From NCBI GenBank assembly GCA_037127915.1, contig JBAXXL010000004.1:32509-96508 (forward strand): a stretch of DNA of 64,000 bases, in the 5' to 3' direction. This DNA is from a bacterium (GTDB taxonomy: Bacteria; Bacteroidota; Ignavibacteria; Kapaibacteriales; UBA2268). Both the position numbers and the translations under genes were made by a program. The notes below the pieces were generated by a model, which was not told the DNA's origin, searched no databases, and worked only from the letters and a program-made list of their open reading frames with translations. Below, one piece after another: positions 57,701-64,000 of the stretch; position 1 is the stretch's first letter, and each line of letters starts with the position of its first letter.

Positions 57701-60391
57701 ATTACTAATTGTATTATTTTCATTATAGTAGGTTGCGAAATCACCGGTATTCGCGTCTAATAAAGCACCAATACCTAAGGAAATAACACCAACACCAAAA
57801 CCATGGATTTCGTTATTATCAATAACGTTGTTTTTGATAATCAAAGTATCTATATTGTAATAATTAATGCCATATTGCAAATCAACTGGAGGCAAGTTAC
57901 GTAATAAAACACCGGCTGATGAGTTAGCGAATGGTTTAAATTCAAATTTTTGTGAACCTGAATTAAATCTTGCTCCAGGAATATCACAGTTACTTGATTT
58001 AGAATTATCAACTAAAACTGTGTTTTTGAATGTGATATTTTGTGATCCGGTAGCTAAATTAACAACCGCTTTAGCAGCACTTAATGTATGAAGAACGAAT
58101 TTTAATGAATGACTTGCTAAACCATCAAAAGTTATATAACCTTCACTTCTAGCAAATTCATTTTTTTGAGTAAGATCTACATAATATACAGGTGCTTTAA
58201 CATTGTCAGGTTGTGCATTTTGTCCGAATAAAATACCAATACCTTTCTTTGAATAAAGATGTACTTGAATTTTTTGTCCAAAATCGTCTTCTCTAACTGT
58301 AAATATAACCGGATTAGCTTTGCTTACACCGATGATTTTTGAAGATAAATCAATAGCAGGACCATTTTTATTGATATCGCCTTCGCTGTAAAACAGGTCT
58401 GTTAAATAGAATGTAACAGGACCAGCTACGCCGCGGCGGTATAAAGCATTAACAGCATCGCCTAACGATGCAAAATCTGCGCCCGATTTAGCGATTGTAT
58501 ATTTGCCTTTTAATCCGCCGTTAACTGTTAAAATGTAAGTTTTTTTGTTATTTGATGGTATTACATCGCCATCAACAGCATAATTTACTTTAACAGTATA
58601 GTCGCCAGATTTTTTAGGGAAGAATGGTTTGTCCAAATAGAATGGTTTTTGATTGTCGAATCTTGTTGGTAAGTTGCTGACCATGGTTTTCTCGTTATAA
58701 ACAGAAACGCCATCAGGATCGATTATTTCAACATAAACAAAATCGCCGGCTAAATCAATTGAACCGTTGTTTCTAAGTTCTACGCCGACACTTACAGGAG
58801 AATTGACATATTCGCCATTATCTAAATCAGCACCAACTAAACCAACAACTTCACCTTCGTAGTCATAACCGACTTCGAATACATAATCAGCTTGCCCTTT
58901 ACGTGGGTATTGATTATTCAATGGATCGTCATCCGAAGCGGCATCTAATATTTTTGTTGTTACAGTGATTTTATAATCACCAATTTTATCAGGTATAAAA
59001 CCTAAATCAAAATTATCAACAACAAAAGATTCACCCATTTCAATTGGATTGTTCGGAGGAATGCTTGAATCGAAATTATATTTTAATGTTGTTTTCGATT
59101 TTGTACTGATATGTTCAATAACAGCAGTCATTTCGAATTTAGTAATTGCGCGTTTACCTAAGTTTCTTGTTTTGATTTCGATAGGAACGCGTTTATTATA
59201 AGGATAAATTGATTTATTCTTAGTTACAGGGTAGATAATACTTGTTACTTCCAAATCATTTTGCAAAGCAATAGTGAATGTAGAAGTATAATCTGAGTAG
59301 AGACCGCTTGTTTTTTGGGTTAATCTAACTCTAACTTGATATTGTCCACCTACAATAATATCTTTATTTGTTAGTAAATCCAAAGCACCGGTTTGTAAAT
59401 CACCACATAATTGGTTAGCGTGGTCAATCATCACCTTATTGGCATTGCCTTCAGGTTGTGGATTAGGGTCTATTGATGTGCTTGAAGCATATTCGTCGCT
59501 TTGACCTTGATAGATGATTTTCGGATTAGCACTGCTTAAAGGACCGTAAATATTATAAGTGAAAGTTACTTGCTCCTGAGTTGCTGCACGGTTAATACGT
59601 ACAAATGGGCGTTCGTCACCTTCATAAATTTTTCCGGTCACTAAAATGTCACCAGGTGCAGGATAAACTGTTGCTACTGAAGGAGCAGGTGATAAAGTCC
59701 AAGCTCTTCCTGAGAATACCCAGTCGCGGGTATTTTTGTTCAACCAAAAAGAAGAATTGTTGTTCTTGTAATAAGTAGAACCTGTGAATTCATCTTCAGG
59801 GCGAACGTTAATATATTTCGATTGGCTACTGCCAACAAAATATATTGCACCATCAATGCCTTGTCTGCCTATTCCGGAATTTTCTCCGTAAATAACAGTA
59901 ATTTCATTGGTCGTTTCATAGATAATTACTTGAGCATCAAAATAATTTTTTGTGCCATCCAACATAGTTTGAGCTTTTAGGTGTTGGATAATTAAAGAAC
60001 GAAAAGGCTTTGTACCTACAAATTTGTAGGATAAATCGCCTAAAGTTCTTAAATCATTGCCATACCAAGAAACCATGTTAGGGTATCCAGCGAATCCGGG
60101 AGCTTGACTAGGATTACGATCAGCATTAAATGACAGCCAGCCATCGCCATAAATAGTTACCGTAGTAATATTTTGGTTGTCATAATTGAAGGCAAAATCT
60201 TGTGGAATGTTGATTCTGCCCCAAGGCCTGTTGCTACCCAGCGAGTAACCGTCATTGAATGGTGACCAAAATTCATAAGTTTCTCGAACTTGGTAACTAT
60301 TCAAATCTGTTGCTTTGGCATCTGTCATCGCTCCAGCGATGAGGAATGCCCCCAGCAATAATAGCATTTGAAATAACTTAGTGGTTTTCAC
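54764..60391 (-). CDS. Very large secreted T9SS substrate (CARDB/Ig-like domains, parallel beta-helix, CTD)
   Basis: GTG start after GGAGG; N.I.NN.I helix repeats; PVELYDFNA...W.T.SE.N...YRLKLVD.DG..TYS...PNP...SGSY. Confidence 0.87.
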   Translation of the reverse strand: MKTTKLFQMLLLLGAFLIAGAMTDAKATDLNSYQVRETYEFWSPFNDGYSLGSNRPWGRINIPQDFAFNYDNQNITTVTIYGDGWLSFNADRNPSQAPGFAGYPNMVSWYGNDLRTLGDLSYKFVGTKPFRSLIIQHLKAQTMLDGTKNYFDAQVIIYETTNEITVIYGENSGIGRQGIDGAIYFVGSSQSKYINVRPEDEFTGSTYYKNNNSSFWLNKNTRDWVFSGRAWTLSPAPSVATVYPAPGDILVTGKIYEGDERPFVRINRAATQEQVTFTYNIYGPLSSANPKIIYQGQSDEYASSTSIDPNPQPEGNANKVMIDHANQLCGDLQTGALDLLTNKDIIVGGQYQVRVRLTQKTSGLYSDYTSTFTIALQNDLEVTSIIYPVTKNKSIYPYNKRVPIEIKTRNLGKRAITKFEMTAVIEHISTKSKTTLKYNFDSSIPPNNPIEMGESFVVDNFDLGFIPDKIGDYKITVTTKILDAASDDDPLNNQYPRKGQADYVFEVGYDYEGEVVGLVGADLDNGEYVNSPVSVGVELRNNGSIDLAGDFVYVEIIDPDGVSVYNEKTMVSNLPTRFDNQKPFYLDKPFFPKKSGDYTVKVNYAVDGDVIPSNNKKTYILTVNGGLKGKYTIAKSGADFASLGDAVNALYRRGVAGPVTFYLTDLFYSEGDINKNGPAIDLSSKIIGVSKANPVIFTVREDDFGQKIQVHLYSKKGIGILFGQNAQPDNVKAPVYYVDLTQKNEFARSEGYITFDGLASHSLKFVLHTLSAAKAVVNLATGSQNITFKNTVLVDNSKSSNCDIPGARFNSGSQKFEFKPFANSSAGVLLRNLPPVDLQYGINYYNIDTLIIKNNVIDNNEIHGFGVGVISLGIGALLDANTGDFATYYNENNTISNNIIYDVSKTGIFVGYENGTNIDGNRIFQVTGSCVPYAAGIMAGGEADNINNYYGFNNLNLTIQKNEISDVSGLESVYGIVSVQTPTTIQFTGKSITIPSVDENTLIKNNIVWNLKPAEDIAAVVGISISTDLNDATNKPMVADYFTNGDIIANNTIYIEDYNNVVNKALVVGISMSYSNNPQFYNNAIAITDNTISSSSVFNTAVLYQGLLPRWGQGLVSDRNAFYLTNPTTDLFRLIQIRNDGSTVNAGKKGEFLKLSQWQYWTGQDGNSISGNFIKDFVIKHSKGPNDDDDVLDVLTLRVNDTPYPKNSVLNNRGMNLEKLVYDDVDGIVRGKSGERFDIGAVEFYGSSYISDLELVRLIEPGVYKDQVGKFSAYEYIMTEAPVPMTVAIRNNSSMSTTSPSVHVTIYHETYAGVFDPSLNKVMDYTLQVPSIGSFQTAVVSLTNKNNEFVPETYGDWRRTDGTQPFNVPDEFKAMEPNVSPLYKIIIELGDDENGYNNKIEKIVRFYLKRATLSLMVSAENMKYDISNESDPNLFASRLNLDSVVKVLNNFGWSTKLGPEPENNHLDVDLFDRKEWEPRSINYPLYRTLIWSDGDDKTLGVANTLSSFDVINLEDYFKSGSASIKKNFIASSQEFIRANEANNKEFMNYRIRATVNQPGNPLDLAGNYSGDSVTGISLAKDLIFGVQATQWLGDSYPQPGLNKIITDSKVIGTSKIAIKYNKHYQDRPDKGKYVALEERIGGVITSALPYNIIVLNVDWRHWSSPETVMRAVLDYLEKNGIVVPVELYDFNATSTSNGVQLDWATQSEMNSAYFDIEKANVIDGSTSNFTAFEKVPANGASTTIKYYGPYVDNKVVSGNSYAYRLKLVDADGNYTYSEVKIVNVQGETGAAYINSLNPNPVTETSEVQFTISNEMNISAMVYDLSGKVVATLFNGTKPAGTHSLSIDAHNFASGSYTIVIKAGDNMLTQGMNVVK

Positions 60392-60675
60392 TATAAACCT
60401 CCAAAAAATGATAATATAAACATACATTTGTTTTATTCAATTTAACTTAAAATAACTATAAAATATTGTGCCAAATATGTAATAACAATTTTATTCAAAT
60501 TTACAGTTACATATAATTAACAAACTACAAAACTAATAAAATAATTCCAATATATAAAATTTTTATTGCTCTAATTATCAACATTTTATTTTTATTATAA
60601 GTTTTTTCAATAATATTTTATTGTTTATATTTGAATATGTAATTTTTTCAATACTTTTTGCAATGATGTTGACAC

Positions 60676-61707
60676 ATGGAAAAAATAATCGAAAGACAAA
60701 ACAAAAATATTGTTGACGGAAAAGTCAATGAAGAAGACTTTGACAAAACGTTAAGACCAATAGATTTTTCAGAATTTACCGGTCAGAAGAAAATCGTTGA
60801 AAATCTAAAAATTTTCATTTCTGCCGCCATTTTAAGAAACGAACCATTAGACCATGTATTGCTTACCGGACCGCCCGGATTGGGGAAAACAACTTTGAGT
60901 CATATTATTTCTAGAGAAATGAATACGAATATAAAAGTAACTAGTGGACCCGTTTTAGAAAAAGCAGGGGATTTAGCAGGTATATTAACCAATTTGGAAG
61001 AAGGTGATGTGCTCTTTATTGATGAAATCCATCGCTTGTCGTCTATTGTTGAGGAATATTTATATTCTGCAATGGAAGATTTTAAATTGGATATAATGAT
61101 CGACTCCGGTCCATCGGCCCGCTCAATCCAGTTATCAATACCACACTTCACTTTAATCGGAGCTACCACAAGGAGCGGATTATTAACCGCACCCTTACGT
61201 TCACGCTTCGGTATAATAAATCGCTTGGATTATTATAACTCCGAAGAATTATTGCTTGTGGTTTTAAGGTCAGCAGAAATTTTAAATGTTCCTATTTCCG
61301 AAGAGGGTGCTTATGAAATAGCATCACGGTCGAGAGGAACGCCGCGTATAGCTAATAGATTACTCAGAAGAACACGTGATTTTGCTCAAATTAAAGGGCA
61401 AGGCGATATTACAAAATTTATTTCCAAAATGGCATTAGATGCTTTGGATGTCGATGAACGCGGATTTGATGAAATGGATAAAAAAGTTCTTTTAACAATA
61501 ATTGAAAAATTTGGCGGTGGACCTGTTGGGCTGAATACGATAGCAACTGCTATTGGTGAAGACGCCGGTACAATAGAAGAGGTCTATGAACCGTTCTTAA
61601 TACAGCAAGGCTTTTTACAGCGCACGCCGAGGGGTAGAATTGCCACGAGAGCTTGCTATAGATATTTTGGTTACGAATTTGACCAAAAAGAAAATACTTT
61701 GTTTTAA
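60676..61707 (+). CDS. ruvB: Holliday junction branch migration helicase RuvB
   Basis: [43 protein letters not shown]. Confidence 0.98.
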   Translation: MEKIIERQNKNIVDGKVNEEDFDKTLRPIDFSEFTGQKKIVENLKIFISAAILRNEPLDHVLLTGPPGLGKTTLSHIISREMNTNIKVTSGPVLEKAGDLAGILTNLEEGDVLFIDEIHRLSSIVEEYLYSAMEDFKLDIMIDSGPSARSIQLSIPHFTLIGATTRSGLLTAPLRSRFGIINRLDYYNSEELLLVVLRSAEILNVPISEEGAYEIASRSRGTPRIANRLLRRTRDFAQIKGQGDITKFISKMALDALDVDERGFDEMDKKVLLTIIEKFGGGPVGLNTIATAIGEDAGTIEEVYEPFLIQQGFLQRTPRGRIATRACYRYFGYEFDQKENTLF

Positions 61708-61730
61708 AAATAATATTAATTATAAAAAAG

Positions 61731-62057
61731 ATGAAAGCTAATTTGTTTGCTGATATTCCTGAAAAAGCAGAAAAAGAAATAATCGAAATTCTTGCGAGCG
61801 GAAAAAAATTCCGTGTAGAGAGAATTATTTCCAATGGACAATCTACACCCGAAAACAATTGGTATGACCAAGATGAAAGTGAGTGGGTTATTGTTGTGGA
61901 GGGTGGGGCAGTAATAGAATATCAAGAAGATGAATTTTTTGAAATGTTTCCAGGGGATTATATTTTCATTCCAGCTCATAAAAAGCATAGAGTAAAATCT
62001 ACTTCTTTGGATGAGGAGACAATTTGGCTGGCATTTTTCGTTATGGATGAGGATTAA
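61731..62057 (+). CDS. Cupin domain protein
   Basis: ERIIS.GQ, WYDQ.E.EWV....G, PGDY.FIPAH.KHRV, T.WLA. Confidence 0.88.
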   Translation: MKANLFADIPEKAEKEIIEILASGKKFRVERIISNGQSTPENNWYDQDESEWVIVVEGGAVIEYQEDEFFEMFPGDYIFIPAHKKHRVKSTSLDEETIWLAFFVMDED

Positions 62058-62662
62058 TGAAGAAAATAATATTTGTAATAATTTTAGCTTTATTCTCTTA
62101 TAATGCAAAAGCGGTAGAGTATAAGGTCGAAAAAGTAATAGAAATTAAAAACAATCTCAATTATGAAGGATTGCTCGATAACTCAATGTATGATTATCAT
62201 GTTGAGATGTTGTATAAGAATAATAAAATTGCAGGTAGATTTATTGCTATCGAGTTTAAAGATTTAATAGCTAAAAATTACCCCATAAACGAAGAAAGCA
62301 AAAATAAATTACTTATTCGTTGCACAGCCGAAAATGGTGAGAGCATTACTTATTCTTATTCACAAATAGATGAAGATGTGACGGCTCTACCAACATACCT
62401 AGTAATCAAAGTAATTAAAGGTAGAATTGGAGATACGATTGATGTACATTTTGACAAAGGAAATAAGATGGAGACTGCGCCTATCGATTTAGAGTTAGAT
62501 AAAGCAATAGACACAAAAATTAAAATCCTTTTCGATGACAAAACCGATAAAATAAAACCGGATTTTTTAAAACCCGGTTCTTTGATTTTTCTTAGTAATA
62601 AATCAACTAAATATTGGCTGAAGAATCTAAAGAAAATTGAATTACTTTACCCCGTCATGTGA
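62057..62662 (+). CDS. Hypothetical secreted protein
   Basis: Signal peptide; translationally coupled to the cupin gene; no motif recognised. Confidence 0.7.
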   Translation: MKKIIFVIILALFSYNAKAVEYKVEKVIEIKNNLNYEGLLDNSMYDYHVEMLYKNNKIAGRFIAIEFKDLIAKNYPINEESKNKLLIRCTAENGESITYSYSQIDEDVTALPTYLVIKVIKGRIGDTIDVHFDKGNKMETAPIDLELDKAIDTKIKILFDDKTDKIKPDFLKPGSLIFLSNKSTKYWLKNLKKIELLYPVM

Positions 62663-63892
62663 GGTAAATTCCCAAGAGTCTTTTAAAATGTTATAACTGG
62701 CTGAATTGTCCCATTTTGCAGGCTCACCGGTGATGTACCAAAAATCAAATGTGCTGAATTGGCGGTCACCAAAATTATCTAATTTGGTGAAACCGGAAGC
62801 ACCAAAATAAGTGTTCGAATTAGTTACGAATTGATTTTTCAATTGACTGAATTTATTGGCGCGGACGCTAAGTTTTGCCGTTAAAGCATTCCAAGTAGCA
62901 TCATAAACACCAAGAGCATAATTATTAACTGTTGTTTTGCCTGTTTTTGCTAAGATTCTTGCAATCAAAGGTGTATATATCGCATTAGCTGAAAAATCTA
63001 AACCAACCGTTGGTGAAATCAAGCTGACTTTTTTTGCAAAATCCGAGGCTTTCTGCGATTCAAAAATTGCATTATTTAAAGTGATCCCGTCGCCGCAATA
63101 CCATTGAACCGTACTGAAAACTTCATCTTGAGAAGCTAATTCTAATATTTGTTTACATTCGCTAAATCCAGCATAATACACAATTACTTGCTCAGTAGGG
63201 TTTTCATCCAATGCTTGAATTAATGTATTTCTAAGATTTATGATAGTTTGTGCGTAATCTGTCGTTGTTGGTTCGAAACTGACGGGATTATACATTTTAC
63301 CACCTTCAGCGGTAAAATAAGTTTTTAAAGCATCGTACAAACCCTTATTTCCAACATCGTTCCGGTAAAGAGTTACGATAGCCTTTTTCCCTTGCTTAAC
63401 GATATACTTACTCATAGCCAAGCTTTCTAATCTGTCCGGTGGACTATATCTGAATAAGTTATCATCCGCCGCAAGTGAGCCGGCTGTACTATAATGAGAG
63501 ATTACCAAAACGTCATTACTTTCATAAAACGGTTTTATTTTGGAGATTTCTGAACTTGATGAAGGACCAATAAAAATTCTGTATCCTTCTTTAAATCGCG
63601 CTTCCACTATTTCTTTAGCAATATCAGGATTTAATTTTGAATCTTCAATTACATAATCAACAGTATAATTAATCGAATTTCGAACAAGCATAGCTTTGAA
63701 ATCATCGACTGCCAATTCCATAGCGGCTTTGCTATCGATACCCAAATCCGTCATATTTTCGGTGAGGGAAAAAACTCCACAAATTTTCACTTGATTGATA
63801 TCGTCAACTTCATAAATATCACAATCATTCGGAGTTTTCGAACAAGCAGTAATAAATAAAATTGAAATTAATAGTAAGAAATATTTTTTCAT
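62642..63892 (-). CDS. Lipoprotein, branched-chain amino-acid-type (type I periplasmic binding) ABC substrate-binding family
   Basis: Lipobox ITAC; GVFSLT..., IEDSK, IGP.SS, LFRY.P.D, YDA, GASG.TKLD.FGDR. Confidence 0.82.
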   Translation of the reverse strand: MKKYFLLLISILFITACSKTPNDCDIYEVDDINQVKICGVFSLTENMTDLGIDSKAAMELAVDDFKAMLVRNSINYTVDYVIEDSKLNPDIAKEIVEARFKEGYRIFIGPSSSSEISKIKPFYESNDVLVISHYSTAGSLAADDNLFRYSPPDRLESLAMSKYIVKQGKKAIVTLYRNDVGNKGLYDALKTYFTAEGGKMYNPVSFEPTTTDYAQTIINLRNTLIQALDENPTEQVIVYYAGFSECKQILELASQDEVFSTVQWYCGDGITLNNAIFESQKASDFAKKVSLISPTVGLDFSANAIYTPLIARILAKTGKTTVNNYALGVYDATWNALTAKLSVRANKFSQLKNQFVTNSNTYFGASGFTKLDNFGDRQFSTFDFWYITGEPAKWDNSASYNILKDSWEFTSHDGVK

Positions 63893-64000
63893 AGCATAAC
63901 CTTCATTATTTTTGAATATTCAAAATTAATATTTTTTGATTAGCAAACCAATATTTTTTTTCACTTGGCGTCGCAATTTCAAATAATTATTCAAAAGAGT

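Noticed and set aside
1717-62541. Many 60-180-aa ORFs overlapping long genes (e.g. 26071-26616, 33651-34100, 61716-62108, 37096-37383)
   Set aside because: Antisense or alternate-frame shadows, or AT-rich noise, with no recognisable motifs.

Overview
AT-rich bacterial chromosome segment, most likely from the Bacteroidota-Chlorobi-Ignavibacteria group (Kapabacteria-like). This placement is inferred from many T9SS C-terminal domains, porX-tsaE, TAnnTTTG promoter motifs and an 11-subunit complex I. Core genes are coaD, menA, menG, nuoABCDHIJKLMN (no nuoEFG), tRNA-Ser(GGA), pdxA, ade, a solitary dnaA, nadB, yicC, pgi/pmi, porX, tsaE and ruvB. The best novelty candidate is a two-gene module present twice (18470-21549 and 45151-49070). 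A small protein made of one basic ~26-aa beta-repeat plus a T9SS/FlgD-type CTD precedes a large FISUMP protein that lacks a CTD but starts with three related, mostly acidic copies of that repeat, suggesting an adaptor/cargo 'piggy-back' export system. The FISUMP tips also show a codon pattern like DGR variable regions, although no RT or template repeat is in the window. Other accessory features are an 8-gene secreted TPR/YD array with a 57-nt identical junction, a 40-bp palindromic tandem array, 21-bp periodic arrays, a duplicated pgi/pmi 3' end fused to a DUF1016 relic, several gene relics and REP-like patchworks. No CRISPR array, integrase or transposase was found. All calls are by eye, without database searches.
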